Shown here: positions 38,701-47,900 of the stretch, in pieces
Numbering within the stretch: the stretch's first letter is position 1
Layout of the letters: each line of letters begins with the position of its first letter
Assembly: GCA_002269645.1 (NCBI GenBank)
Contig: NIVC01000181.1
Coordinates: 213,693-277,692 of the forward strand
From: Macrostomum lignano
Taxonomy: Eukaryota
DNA: 64,000 nucleotides
Direction of reading: 5' to 3'
Position numbers and translations under genes: made by a program
Notes under the pieces: generated by a model
The model's database searches: none
The model's input: the letters and a program-made list of their open reading frames with translations, nothing else
Told to the model about the DNA's origin: nothing

Positions 38701-39869
38701 GCGTAGTGCTGGAAGCCGGGCCGGCGAGTCTTGTACAGAATCCGCATGCCTGGAATGGTGTCGGGGGCGTCAAGGCGGCTTGCAGCACCTTCGGGTGTAC
38801 AGCGGGTCCTCTGACTTTCTAATCGTCAGGCATGTCCCCCCCCCCAGATGAGACCATTGACAACTGGAGTAGCAGTGGCCTTGAGGAATTTCAGATGGTC
38901 AGATAAGTATTGTAGTATTGTCACGGCTTCATTATAAGACTTCTAGGTGAGACTAATAGGCACCAGGTGAGACAAAGAGAAGCGCCAGGTGAGACACCGT
39001 GAGACGCAAGGTGACACACAGAGAGACGCCAGGTGAGATGCAGAGAGACGCCAGGTGAGACACAGAGAGAGAACAGGTGAGACACAAATAAGCGCCAGTT
39101 GAGACACAGAGAGAGAACAGGTGAGACACAGAGAGAGAACAGGTGAGACACAGAGAGAGAACAGGTGAGACACAGAGAGAGAACAGGTGAGACACAGAGA
39201 GAGAACAGGTGAGACACAGAGAGAGAACAGGTGAGACACAGAGAGAGAACAGGTGAGACACAGAGAGAGAACAGGTGAGACACAGAGAGAGAACAGGTGA
39301 GACACAGAGAGAGAACAGGTGAGACACAAATAAGCGCCAGGTGAGACACAGAGAGAGAACAGGTGAGACACAAATAAGCGCCAGGTGAGACACAGAGAGA
39401 GAACAGGTGAGACACAAATAAGCGCCAGGTGAGACACAGAGAGGCGCCAGTCGAGTTTAGAAGGCTACAAGCCACCCCGCTCCGCACCGGTGGGACTCTC
39501 GTCGGCCACAATGAAGGTGGGCGGTCGGATTCGCGGATATGAAAAGCGCAGGTGCTCGTGCAGATTGTCAATGCCGTGGTAGAAGTCCCTGAGGTGGCGG
39601 CCCATGACCCGCAGCACTTTATCGTAGCCGTACTTGGCCAGGTAGCCGACAAAGAAGCAGCCGTTCTCAAATGTCAGCTGATCGACTGTCAGGCCAGTGA
39701 GGCTGGATGCGGCCTCAAAAAGCTGCATCAGCAGATGCTCATTGTAGCCGCGTCGAGTCTCGAATGTGGGATGCCGACACTCGGCTAGTTCACGAATTTT
39801 CGCCCAAGCCTGAGCACCGTAGGTGTGCTCAAGATAGTGCTGGACTCCTTCAAGTAGGATGCCGTACAT
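20569..39869 (-). CDS. Atypical soluble guanylate cyclase (H-NOX, PAS, coiled coil, cyclase) with C-terminal Dpy-30 motif; 9 exons
   Basis: Exons 39488-39869, 38343-38749, 26847-27067, 25897-26026, 25215-25361, 23418-23564, 22412-22852, 21426-22203 (acceptor could be 22242) and 20569-20717. All junctions are GT-AG and in phase. Motifs: [115 protein letters not shown]. Confidence 0.93.
20896..21265. repeat. 20-bp pyrimidine-rich minisatellite in cyclase intron 8
   Basis: Unit CTCACTCTTCCTCAGTTCCT. Confidence 0.95.
22234..22387. repeat. 20-bp minisatellite in cyclase intron 7
   Basis: Unit GTCACTCAGCTAATCCATCT, about 7 copies. Confidence 0.9.
22876..23397. repeat. 35-bp minisatellite in cyclase intron 6
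   Basis: Unit CAATGATGCGGTCCAGTTTTCATCGTTCGGAGACA; starts at 22876 and 22911. Confidence 0.94.
23645..24363. repeat. 29-bp minisatellite in cyclase intron 5
   Basis: Unit GGGAGAATCTCAGAGGATCAAGTCTCAAT. Confidence 0.95.
24660..25112 (+). mobile_element. 5'-truncated, frameshifted 3' end of a non-LTR retrotransposon (LINE ORF2 C-terminal Cys/His motif)
   Basis: [16 protein letters not shown] in one frame continues as [23 protein letters not shown] in another. This fits the GHG...C-x-C...E-x-x-x-H...CP tail of I/R1/LOA-type ORF2. Boundaries approximate. Confidence 0.62.
25414..25863. mobile_element. MITE-like non-autonomous DNA transposon, copy 1 (34-bp imperfect TIRs starting CACAG)
   Basis: Left end CACAGACACTTGAATAGCTGGATGGGCCACTCAG; right end reverse-complements to CACAGATACTAGAATAACTAGATGGGCCACTCAG. 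A similar copy lies at 49821-50269. Confidence 0.85.
26128..26803. repeat. 20-bp minisatellite in cyclase intron 3
   Basis: Unit GACTGGAATCTCAAACCTAC. Confidence 0.96.
27171..28246 (+). repeat. 5' LTR
   Basis: Starts TGTAGAG and ends ACATCA. TATAAATA at 27586. No difference from the 3' LTR seen in spot checks. Confidence 0.96.
28248..28262 (+). promoter_or_regulatory. Putative primer-binding site
   Basis: TGGTGATCTCGCC starts 2 nt after the 5' LTR. It loosely resembles the tRNA-Trp complement TGGTGACCCCGAC; primer identity is uncertain. Confidence 0.5.
28942..30315 (+). CDS. gag: Gag (capsid-like region plus CCHC zinc knuckle); true frame probably shifts near 30100-30140
   Basis: [18 protein letters not shown]...[14 protein letters not shown] and [14 protein letters not shown] at 29647-29688. 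Confidence 0.9.
   Translation: MARRNPTVHRDIKETVGTFSMEKDFNTFVDHFDLVCREYNLQNPEKAQLLPPLLQGTAREIYGKLDAATQQNYPALIIQLRAHFNRCGTNRSVLLHKLHNRRMQPTESFLTFVDDIRQIIKALHQPTLPAADQPPLGAAELAARERQRLMDREQNLILHVINNAQPSLRDRLLRENIETEEDLLRCGMQWEASAPLMTTGNTEVQKLTQQLNKLMQHQTAVIAEQKRRNERAQARCYYCGREGHYQIHCPHRSTRNDMQRQPFNRRKPQKPWQQHQNWQQQNTKRFGNNGYRPRNTRYMPKQPTQAMQRYANAITYTPESEQQEQQVFTIDDLEMDFTINEIDWLDVESSEKTKNISMVEMKETNIDSEEEKTEVSTEKTLSSDISERKEETNKATTKNWQRRMTTKEATTEMRRWKKNSKKKAAITIMRCTMTLMTTEPPTKNMKTEGTKEWKKEI
30186..31442 (+). CDS. env: Acidic linker, internal signal/TM segment and N-terminal half of env-like ectodomain
   Basis: [22 protein letters not shown] followed by Cys-rich MICPT...[11 protein letters not shown] and [10 protein letters not shown]; NQT sequon. 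Confidence 0.72.
   Translation: MEEEQQEESSDHDYEMHNDADDNRAADKEHEDGRHKGMEERNLSSDSDQCYEIRYKRNGEAYIQTVDYKAEVRYRRQWSDTTTTSEESKEENDEDDKQRNESDALRSETPMEQEEEYDADAEDNEWQPQPMPAKTTATFRKWRFWIFWIIIILLTAVVTKATAMEKPMICPTDAHIQPMIYKIPTDIKCSYFKTNQTKPKKITIDLYKANIKKHRQLGIVCFRDKHLVEKVWRGQWNRIRFWQHELHVSHAECLQWNQTLFSKDGQLEPDEKVGEAQLYRTKNSANGRYVHFSEAWTNYMTRNSYLIRNVPFYYNPYEKMESLQLQLSECRYSEGWCPTPILRNAELYSLPLSPTYHPDYRWQIVHRAIHTTKSHQSHDNISSLGRLRRKSTVNYKSTTQWKEAYCQTRFWQSQETWH
31172..34201 (+). CDS. pol: C-terminal env half (furin site, gB-like region, TM) fused in frame to aspartic protease and reverse transcriptase
   Basis: NRRRRD at 31604-31615; [25 protein letters not shown] at about 32408-32476; LLDSGSS at 32795; [11 protein letters not shown]; DLRHGFWQI; YVDD at 34046-34057. 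Confidence 0.92.
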   Translation: MPIQRRMVPNADIAKCRTLQPTAESNVSSRLSMADSAQSDPHYEEPSKSRQYFFAWKVETEIDCQLQKYHTVEGGLLSNTFLAKSGDLALTFQKKPVEQKLKCKDTDKTLFISEQEIPVYVKDDDKQTFLAIINGTYQQQEQQNRRRRDIERPKLVSNRLLSAKITALDHNLHNQLNHLHRTLVQLTCKMHAINLNYARQNYYVNPTMTFRKITGMTNVLAVPIYEHLLIYKCTPIQHFNILPSNTSTTCYDKPRIEAFYEGKRIQGFLDTVHNIIVGTAIPRPCTTAANYYQLDNALHVIKTTGTTANITEPEVIVDENYDMEDLKIRFNRTKYTPFADIQLDEITPGWTINDFLQAFITQRKMIHQLFTRKDKGTGTGRFPVLVSMDSAIKSFWTNSFWELLNGRGSLYQGFIFYGACIVWIVTAIFIISSIVRCFSQTCPKAKKTVNAIMQRTTTEGDNSLELTETAHREVQGQPTLATRLYPSIPTTPTAPRIQPPNYQAEQQDPKWPENYVCTLHAEIGKAMAQVVINNLPCRALLDSGSSITVISKQLCNKLRLALRPATIAVAGAGGHSLNILGKADIDLRIANKHLTVPTYVIDRLPNQDVIVGIDTFKQLRLPLTFDFNKQTFKIDSVEQPLINQIRVLPKVTLQQDVIIQPESACWIKAKATNATEEAMIFDPNRRVTAKHQIMMPTALVLVAKDKQLPVQIFNPNTETVHLRQGMCIGHLNTQASVMLIEQATPRLTEEEFQKKINLDDSPITEQQKRKVRQLLWKYNDAFCHHDYDIGRAKDIKQEIKLLPHTEPIQCKPYPIAKHLQQHFDEIIDKMLKHGIISKAISAYSSPCLLVQKKETNERRLVCDFRLLNKYIPTDQQSLPKISELLAKLNTAKLFTVFDLRHGFWQIEIEKESRQYTAFKTYNGQVYEYNRSPMGLSNSPATMSRLTAYMLAGCTNLLHYVDDILAYGEDFERLYEATEKALALINDKVLSYNQLNANSSETTCVTWDIR
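34177..36258 (+). CDS. pol: RT C-terminus, RNase H and integrase (HHCC, D,D35E, GPY/F)
   Basis: [46 protein letters not shown]...[32 protein letters not shown]. No chromodomain seen. Confidence 0.95.
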   Translation: MRYLGHQVTAKGISPDPDNVDKVKKFPTPTSKTKVQSFLGLAQYFRKFLPNFAKTAKPLYDLLKFDKWKQENWTQKQQESFDEIKRQLTSDALLQHPDFDKPFIIETDASGTGLGAVLLQETEDKKERPIAYVSRALKPNETKWSATERELLGVLFALRQFHYYIYGSPLQTIVRTDHAPLTYVVTTKGQTNNRLIRMTLKIQDYNYKLVYKPGITNKAADALSRAYEVNAIHPIPNIKELMDETVNDYFYQAVKNNDKDIKLSPVERKFLRKQRQHLTINKSRLYWMSDNKPKIYMPYSFRQAILNELHDNPLAGHLSAAKTIARVEQYYFWPSMHGDIKQYCNNCHSCAASKTGRRQKPQLQSIPKSTTMDCLSIDITGPLPPSCLHGIAYTYILTALDIFSKFAIAIPIPDITAQTVAMGFFNDIICKYGTPKNLTSDNGSQFTSQLFQQVVKILNITQIYTSTYNPKANMVERFHRNLHEMITHFAHQQPDDWIIYLQAVTMAYNSAIHRSTDNTPFFLMFGRDFQPPNLLAQQLLPSQYVEVPTSIQKFVTQLHLAWKVAKHNIDNQVALTTGTDTRSTTLTAGDIVYLHYPPQQTHKHAQKYKGPYRVVQLTSPTTARLANVQDPHQHQFYVHIHRLKKINTDTTTFLPSLDNADRTRSANRHIATKHEETQTSTENQQHGYNLRPR
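36370..36582 (+). CDS. Small accessory ORF inside the retroelement: N-myristoylation motif plus degenerate Siah-like RING finger, 70 aa
   Basis: MGNALS...ECPIC...[11 protein letters not shown]...CPIGR. Two expected Cys codons are each one base from TGT (TAT, GGT). Confidence 0.5.
   Translation: MGNALSKQAPQLQQLYECPICLTDDLAVKPPIICENRHRICGQYLSDSHYIQLWQNCPIGRSSLRQCAYC
36801..37876 (+). repeat. 3' LTR
   Basis: Copy of the 5' LTR at a constant offset of 9630; followed by the CAAG TSD. Confidence 0.96.
37900..38320. repeat. 24-bp minisatellite in cyclase intron 2
   Basis: Unit GAGATTCCAGATGTGAGACTGGGT. Confidence 0.93.
38945..39447. repeat. 22-bp minisatellite in cyclase intron 1
   Basis: Unit CAGGTGAGACACAGAGAGAGAA. 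Confidence 0.94.
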
Positions 39870-40072
39870 TGCCTTTGCGATCTCGGCAGCTTCTGCGAAG
39901 TTTGAACCAGTTGGGAAACTGCCGGCTTTTATGCTTGCGGGCGGTCTGCTTCTGCGATTGGCCTCACTGTCTTGGGGCCAATTAGGCGAAAGAGAATTAT
40001 TCAGCCACCGGCCATAAACTTGCTGCACAGGATCCGGATAAGGGTAATCGCTTCTAATGCAATTTCCCATCT

Positions 40073-40192
40073 GCGAGAGCTCACTGCCCAGTTGCTGACC
40101 CCATAGCGAGAGCTCACTGCCCAGTTGCTGACCCCATAGCGAGAGCTCACTGCCCAGTTGCTGACCCCATAGCGAGAGCTCACTGCCCAGCA
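40073..40192. repeat. 33-bp tandem repeat, about 3.5 copies
   Basis: Unit GAGAGCTCACTGCCCAGTTGCTGACCCCATAGC. Confidence 0.9.
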
Positions 40193-40833
40193 ACTACTCT
40201 TGAATCATGAGCTCCGGTTCACCCTGCTCTGAGCTACCGTAGAAACTAATCAGCTGGGAGAAATTGTGTTGAGGTTCTCTCGGCAGAGCTCAATTAACTT
40301 TGACATTGAATATACAGGGATTTCTAGTAAATACTGGGCAGCGGCGGATATTGACTTCTTGGCTTGCTGTTCGGCCTTGCGCAAAAGACAGGCCCGGACG
40401 CAGACAGGAAAGGACATCGGCGAAAAGGAGATGGCCAGGCAAGCAGAAAAAATCCAATTAGCAGCCCCAGATCTGCTAGCAAATCAACTCGTTTTCCTGT
40501 TTATCTGTGACAGTTTTTTTTTAAAAAGCATTTCAGTTACTTTCAGTTACTTCCGTTTTAAAAAACCATTTTCAACCGTTTTTTGCTTGAGCTACTGTTA
40601 GTAGTGTAAAATCTAATGTAACAAACCGTCGAAAAACATGCCGCATTTAAAGTTCACTATTTTGGGACTAAGAACGCTATATTTTCGATAAGAAGAAGCC
40701 ATTAGTTAAACAGTCAAGATGAAATCAGTTAATAACGAAAGGTTGCATAACGAGCAACTGAAGTATTTGTCGTATTTCTAAGAAAGCCGACTGCAGCGTC
40801 CTTCTGCTTCAGCTGGCCGTGAATTGCAGGGAA

Positions 40834-42168
40834 TCAGAACAGGAGCGGCACAATCTTGTACGGCACCAGTTTGCAGTACTCGGACCAGTACTTCCCGTAC
40901 TTGTCCCGGCATTTCTTATCGTCGCGGAAGCTTCGATGGAACAGCAGTACGCTGAGGAACGCGAAGTACATGTAGGGGATGATGTGGCAGCCAGTTCCGC
41001 ACACAGCTGACCAGCACAGGGTCAGGCTGAGCTCCGGGATGTAGTGGAAATGCCGGGACACCGCCCAGAATCCGCTTGCAAGCAGTACAGACTGGCGCTC
41101 CTGGCCATTGTCCAGGCTGTACTTGGCTCTGATCACCCGCGCCGGCCGGCCCCAGATGTTCAGCTGACCGTCCGCGGCTCTGGCCGCCTGCTTTTGCCAA
41201 TCGCTCCAGTAGTTGACGGCCAGGCTGGCCAGACCGAAGCCCAGCAGGGCGGCTGTCCACGCGGGTCCCACCGGCTCCGGCTGGCGCACCATGAACAGAC
41301 TCACCAGGGTGTAGAAACTCGGCACGAAGCACAGACAGCCCCAGCAGATGTAGAATCCGGCTCTGTCGGTGATGATGTCGATTGTTCGATAATAGCCAGC
41401 CTCCCACCAGAAGAACTTGGTGAGGTAGAGCAGCTGCAGCGCTGCGGTGACCGCCATGCCGTCAACTACTCGACCGTGCAACTCGTAGCTTTTCAAGGCG
41501 AACACAGCGACAGCCAGGGCCCAGACTGTCAGACCGAAGCGGCAGTTGGTGAACACCTTGATGTCGATGCCGCATATTCTGGGGTAGAGCTCGGTGCCCC
41601 AGTAATAGTCGAACAGGTAGTTGCCGCTCCGACCGTGATCAGTCGATGTCGGCGCCAGGACGCCTTTGACGCACAGGAGCAAGCAGAAGGCCAAGCTCAG
41701 CAGAATCATGGAGGCCAGAAAGTCGCCGTAATAATCATAAATCACCGTCGGAGTCAGGCCGCGCTGCTTCAGATAGACCGTGCCAGCTAGGAACGTTGCC
41801 ATGGTGATGAGGTAGCACGCGAATCCGTTGTCTTTGTACTCGGGCACGTGACCTGTGGGCGTCTCGGTGCCGTAGCAGGTCCTACCCGGCACCAGCAGCA
41901 TCAGCAGCACCTGGAAGGCGCAGAAGGCGAGAATGGCAGCGTAGACAGCCGGGTTGGCGACGCTCACCGCCGCCCAGACCAGCGCGGGTCCACCCCGATT
42001 GGTCAGACGATCTGCCAGTTCGGTCAGGCTGCCCTGACAGTGGACTGAAGCGTACCACAGGTACATCACCGACTGCGGAACCAGCAGAATGAGCAGCAGC
42101 GGTATGACTGTTCGGTTGATAAATTGCACCAAAGGTCCTTCCGCTTGTTTCAACTGTTTGGTTGCCAT
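40834..42168 (-). CDS. DHCR7: 7-dehydrocholesterol reductase (ERG4/ERG24 sterol reductase family), intronless, 444 aa
   Basis: YYWGTELYPRI, DIKVFTNCRFG, WEAGYYRTIDIITDRAGFYICWGCLCFVPSFY, SGFWAVSRHFHYIPE, RDDKKCRDKYGKYWSEYCKLVPY; several TM segments. Confidence 0.95.
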   Translation of the reverse strand: MATKQLKQAEGPLVQFINRTVIPLLLILLVPQSVMYLWYASVHCQGSLTELADRLTNRGGPALVWAAVSVANPAVYAAILAFCAFQVLLMLLVPGRTCYGTETPTGHVPEYKDNGFACYLITMATFLAGTVYLKQRGLTPTVIYDYYGDFLASMILLSLAFCLLLCVKGVLAPTSTDHGRSGNYLFDYYWGTELYPRICGIDIKVFTNCRFGLTVWALAVAVFALKSYELHGRVVDGMAVTAALQLLYLTKFFWWEAGYYRTIDIITDRAGFYICWGCLCFVPSFYTLVSLFMVRQPEPVGPAWTAALLGFGLASLAVNYWSDWQKQAARAADGQLNIWGRPARVIRAKYSLDNGQERQSVLLASGFWAVSRHFHYIPELSLTLCWSAVCGTGCHIIPYMYFAFLSVLLFHRSFRDDKKCRDKYGKYWSEYCKLVPYKIVPLLF

Positions 42169-42435
42169 GGTAACTACTTGGTCTGGGGTCGCCTTTAGCC
42201 AGTAAGTTGAAAATCGGAAGCTTTACTTATAATAGTTGATTTATATGCAAATGTATAGTTTAAAACGCCCCTCAACCCGTCTGCCTCCAACTGTGCATAC
42301 AGCTTTGAGTACAGAGCTCTGGAATCGATCATACTTCTTATGCTCTGCCTCGTTTCGGTCATGGGCGCTCCACCCTACCCCCTCCGAACCACTCCCTCCT
42401 GCTGTGCTCACACGAGACGGTGGCGTGATTTCGAG

Positions 42436-42437
<2 letters not shown>

Positions 42438-42496
<59 letters not shown>
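42438..42496. repeat. (CA)n microsatellite
   Basis: About 29 CA units. Confidence 0.97.
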
Positions 42497-42500
<4 letters not shown>

Positions 42501-43024
42501 TGCAACTGTGTCTGTGCGCTTCACCCTTTCCCTGCTATTTCTGCCTTATGTTTACTTGCTTTTGCCCTCCGAGGGCAGTGTACAACGACAATAACAGGGG
42601 GGGGGGGTATTTAGTCTAAGTATGTATAGTTTATGTGCAGCATGTCCCTGCCAGAGATCTTATATTCCGATGCAAAGGTTAATTGCTGATCTCCAGTTGA
42701 AAGTAACGTGCGCACTGGCAAGTGATTCACAAGAGGAAGGGAGGACTCAAGTACAGGCATGCGAGTGCAGCCGTGGCTTCGGCTAGCTGGCTAAATTCTT
42801 TTCTCGTCTAGTTCCCCTCTCCCCCCTAAGGGGACGGCTTTGGGAGTTTCCTTTCCACTGGCTAAGCCAAACTGTCATTGGGAACAAACTCTTCGTTTTC
42901 CTGCTCGGCTGATGAGCTTTCTTTTAACCTCTGCACAATGTGGCATGGCAACCAGTCAGTAATAATGCCATTATCGATCTGTACGCTGTGAGATCAAGGA
43001 GACGGGCCATTAGATCAGATGGAG

Positions 43025-43245
43025 TGATCAGATAGAGAGAGAGTGTGTGTGATCAGATAGAGAGTGATCAGATAGAGAGTGATCAGATAGAGAGTGATCA
43101 GATAGAGAGTGATCAGATAGAGAGTGATCAGATAGAGAGTGATCAGATAGAGAGTGATCAGATAGAGAGTGATCAGATAGAGAGTGATCAGATAGAGAGT
43201 GATCAGATAGAGAGTGATCAGATAGAGAGTGATCAGATAGAGAGA
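43025..43245. repeat. 15-bp minisatellite (GATCAGATAGAGAGT) followed by a (GA)-rich tract
   Basis: Read directly from sequence. Confidence 0.95.
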
Positions 43246-43799
43246 TTTTGAGAGGGAGAAAGAGAGAGAGAGAGAGGGGAAGAGAGAGAGAGAGAGAAGA
43301 GAGGTCACGGCGTGTTAAATTATTTAATTGAAAGTAGACTACCGGTTTCAAGCCTCTGGGCTCTTCGTCAGGTCTCTTGTAAGTAAAATTTTCTCTATCA
43401 CAATACAAGCGCATTTATTCTACTACTTCAGAAAATTTCTAAAGCAAAGCTGTATAATTTAAAGGACACACCTGGAACTTTCTTATTTGTAGTTGTGCAG
43501 GTGAGAAAGGTGCTTATCAAATATTAAGTTGTCGGAGCAAATGTGAGTCCACAGAATTTCACAAAATACAATCTGTTAGGTTCATATTGGTGCTTTTCGT
43601 GTTCTTATCAACCGCGGGTGCTTCCCTTGAGTCTAAGTGCAAAGTCTAACTTCATGTCGTTTGCAAAAGTTCGGAGGCTCTCCGAAGCAAAATCTGATTA
43701 GTAAGGATAAAAATGCCTAAAATAAGGATAAACTATTTTAGGATTTTTGTTTTGACTAGAAAGTATATTTGAGTTATTGGTGTTACCATTTTCGAGCAG

Positions 43800-44203
43800 A
43801 TGTCACCGTTTTCAGCAGGTATCACCATTGTCTAACGGGTATCACCATTGTCTAACAGGTATCACCATTGTCTAACAGGTATCACCATTGTCTAACAGGT
43901 ATCACCATTGTCTAACAGGCGTCACCACTGTCTAACAGGTATCGCCACTGTCTAACAGGTATCACCATTGTCTAACAGGTATCGCCACTGTCTAACAGGT
44001 ATCACCATTGTCTAACAGGTATCACCATTGTCTAACGGGTATCACCATTGTCTAACAGGTATCACCATTGTCTAACAGGCGTCACCACTGTCTAACAGGT
44101 ATCGCCACTGTCTAACAGGTATCACCATTGTCTAACAGGTATCGCCACTGTCTAACAGGTATCACTACTGTCTAACAGGTATCACCATTGTCTAACAGGT
44201 GTC
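43800..44203. repeat. 20-bp minisatellite
   Basis: Unit TATCACCATTGTCTAACAGG. Confidence 0.95.
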
Positions 44204-44904
44204 ATCTAAAATTTTATTTTACATTCGCATCTACCTACTGATATCACTCATCAGTAGTATAGCTACGAGCGTAGTTCAATGGTTAATTTCTATCATTTGA
44301 GAAAAGAACTCAAATCCAAGAAGATGCTTAATAAGAAAGCTTTTAGTAGCTTAGAAGTTTAGAATAGAAAGTGAATTCTGTTTGATTCTGTCTACAAAAA
44401 ATATCGATTTATAAGGCAATCTGCAACTCGGAGACAACAGCGCTCATTGAGATCATTTCTAAGAGAAAAAAAGTGAATAAAAGTTGATTTACTACGCTTA
44501 AATGCTACTCAAAGGTAAGCATTATAAGTAGCATGGTAAGCCTGTTGGCATAGAAAACTGCTGCATTTAAAAAGAATAATCTGATATAAAACTGTTCATA
44601 AAAAAGGTCACTGTGCACACAGCAAGACGGTTTTCAAAGCTTATTGGCGTTGAAGCAATCTTCTCATATTGATCAATGAATGATGCTCAGGGGACAGGGG
44701 CACAGGAGGGGCATGCCCCACCCCACAGCTGATTCTCTCGCGCTAAAGAACCCAGGTTCGATTCCACACGAGGACTGCGGATCATTTTGGCCCCATGCTC
44801 GAAGACAATGAAACGAAATTAGACATCAATCGCCTGCATTCCTTCTACCCTTCCAACAAGAAATTGTTAATCTTAATTGCGGTCCTTTTTTGTTGAGCAC
44901 TCAA

Positions 44905-47900
44905 TCAGTTTTTCGCCTCGGTGTCCTCGGTCTCAGCAACAGACACGCTGCGACTCAGGCCCAGCAAGCTGGTCCTTCCAGAAGTCGCACTGCTGGCCCT
45001 CGAACTCCTTGAGCATTTGCCGGACCATTCAGTAGGATGCTCGGACTGGAACACCAGCCTGACTGGCCTGCTGTGCTGTTCCATCACCGTCAGCAGCTCG
45101 TCTGCGAGCTCCCTGTCCGTGTCGTGCTCGCTGTACAGGCACACTATGCTCAAGTGGAGCTGCTCAAGCATTAGCGATATTCTCTCCAGATTGTTGGCGA
45201 CCCGACCTGGGATATTGTGGATCAGGTAAGCTTTGAGCTGCTTTCAGTCAAATGGAGTTTGTGCTTTGAGGTGGATGGAGTGAGTGCTTTGAGGTGGATG
45301 GAGTGAGTGCTTTGAGGTGGATGGAGTGTGTGCTTTGAGGTGGATGGAGTGAGTGCTTGAGGTGGATGGAGTGAGTGCTTGAGGTTGATGGAGTGAGTGC
45401 TTGAGGTGGATGGAGTGTGTGCTTTGAGGTGGATGGAGTGTGTGCTTTGAGGTGGATGGAGTGTGTGCTTTGAGGTGGATGGAGTGAGTGCTTGAGGTGG
45501 ATGGAGTGTGTGCTTTGAGGTGGATGGAGTGTGTGCTTTGAGGTGGATGGAGTGAGTGCTTTGAGGTGGATGGAGTGTGTGCTTTGAGGTGGATGGAGTG
45601 AGTGCTTGAGGTGGATGGAGTGTGTGCTTTGAGGTGGATGGAGTGAGTGCTTTGAGGTGGATGGAGTGAGTGCTTTGAGGTGGATGGAGTAAGTGCTTTG
45701 AGGTGGATGGAGTGAGTGCTTTGAGGTGGATGGAGTAAGTGCTTTGAGGTGGACTGTTGATAAAAGAATGTGTGCTTTGAGGTAGATTGTCACAATGTCA
45801 CAGTTAGTGATCACAGTTAGGTTATGAGCCTTACTCTCAGTTTTGTGCACATAATCTTCGAACAGGTTGAGCCTGGGATCCGGCACCAGACGGTGCAGAA
45901 GGCGGCGCAGCCAGCTGCCAGTCACGGCCAGCAGGGTGCTCCCCAGCTCCGCCTCGCCGTCCTCTTCAACAGTCGCCGCTCGATGCGCCCCCTGCCGGGC
46001 CTCTCGACGCTCTCGGAGCAGCACGGCCAGGAACAGGCAGGCCAGCAGGAAGCCGCTCACGATGGTCGCCGCCAGCACAAGGGCCGTCGCCATGGACAGA
46101 GGCCCGCCGGAGAACCAGCTTGCCCATCGTGAGCGGACTTTTAGGGTTTGGGGTTTGATTTGAAAATTGACTATCGTAGCATTCTTACTATTTCGATCTC
46201 GGATTTGACACCGGCTCCCGGCCTTTCCGACACCCACCTCACGCCCTGGCTATCCAGGCCTTTCCGAAACCCACCTCACACCCTGGCTATCCAGGCCTTT
46301 CCGAAACCCACCTCACACCCTGGCTATCCAGGCCTTTCCGAAACCCACCTCACACCCTAGCTATTCAGGCCTTTCCGAAACCCACCTCACGCCCTGGCTA
46401 TTCAGGCCTTTCCGACACCCAAATCGCGCCCTGGCTATCCAGGCCTTTCCGAAACCCACCTCACGCCCTGGCTATCCAGGCCTTTCCGAAACCCACCTCA
46501 CGCCCTGGCTATCCAGGCCTTTCAGACACAAACCCTAGCACTCGATCTCTATGCCTACAACAGTAAAGTACATACACGAGCCGTATAAGGGTAAATGATA
46601 GAGAAAGAAGTAAAAATTGCAGTCCCGAACAAAATAACTCACGCGATGAAGCCGCTAGTAGCGACATCAATAGCGAGCAAAAACTCGGCACATGCGGCGC
46701 TTCCCTGGCAGCCCCCAGAGCATCGGCCAGCAGCGACATTGTGCCAGCCGCAGATAGCAGCAAGACGGCAGCCGCTACGCCTTTTAGGCTGCTGGATGAT
46801 CGACGTAGAGAGATTGCTGATAGGACAGAGGGCTGGACAAACTGGACCAAGCGTATGCAGAACAGTAGGATGAGGATGGAGAGGAGGCTAGTAAATGTCT
46901 GAAAACAACACAACGGAGAAGATAGTAGCATTACGGTAAAGGGCATACAGCTTCTTTGTAGATGTAAATTTATCTTTAAGTATAAGTTTAAAGACAAATA
47001 AGACAAAGTCTAAATAACTCGGAAAAATTTTTATCTTTCCTACCCTTCGCGACACCCACCTCACGTCTTATCTTTCCTACCCTTCGCGACACCCACCTCA
47101 CGTCTTATCTTTCCTACCCCTCGCGACACCCACCTCACGCCTTATCTTTACTACCCCTCGCGACACCCACCTCACGCCTTACTTTCCTACCCCTCGCGAC
47201 ACCCACCTCACGCTTTATCTTTCCTTCCCCTCGCGACACCCACCTCACGCCTTATCTTTACTACCCCTCGCGACACCCAACTCACGCCTTACTTTCCTAA
47301 CCCTCGCACCCTCGCGACACCCACCTCACGCTTTATCTTTCCTTCCCCTCGCGACACCCACCTCACGCCTTATCTTTCCTACCCCTCACAACACCCACCT
47401 CACGCCTTACTTTCCAACCCCTCGCGACACCCACCTCACGCCTTATCTTTACTACCCCGCGACACTCACCTCATGCCTTGTCTTTCCTACCCTATTGCCA
47501 ACCAACTTCATTGATTATTTCTCTCAAGACAAACATCAAAGCATTCAAACCTCGGCCGATTCCACCGCCCTCAGCATCGTCGGAAACGCATGGTCAACGT
47601 CGTCAACAACCACAGATGAGGGCCTCAGCATCAGCCATCTGGCAGCTTCGGTGTTGAAGGCGCACCGCAGCGGCAGCACCAGAAAAGCGGCCGCGGCCGT
47701 GCCCAGCAGAACGCACGGCGTCAAGGCTCGCCAAAAACGGTCAGCACCGGACCGCAGCGCCAGTACAAGCAGCAGACCGGCGTGGAAGCATGCCGTGACC
47801 AGGGCTACTAACTCCGCCGTCAGAGCCAGGGCGTCTCCCACTGGCCAGCGATCGTAGTCGCGCACGGTTGCCACCCGGATGTAGAGCTCGGAGACGCCGG

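Noticed and set aside
39870-40193. N-terminal extension of the cyclase ORF
   Set aside because: Partly a 33-bp repeat; H-NOX proteins normally begin at MYG (39869).
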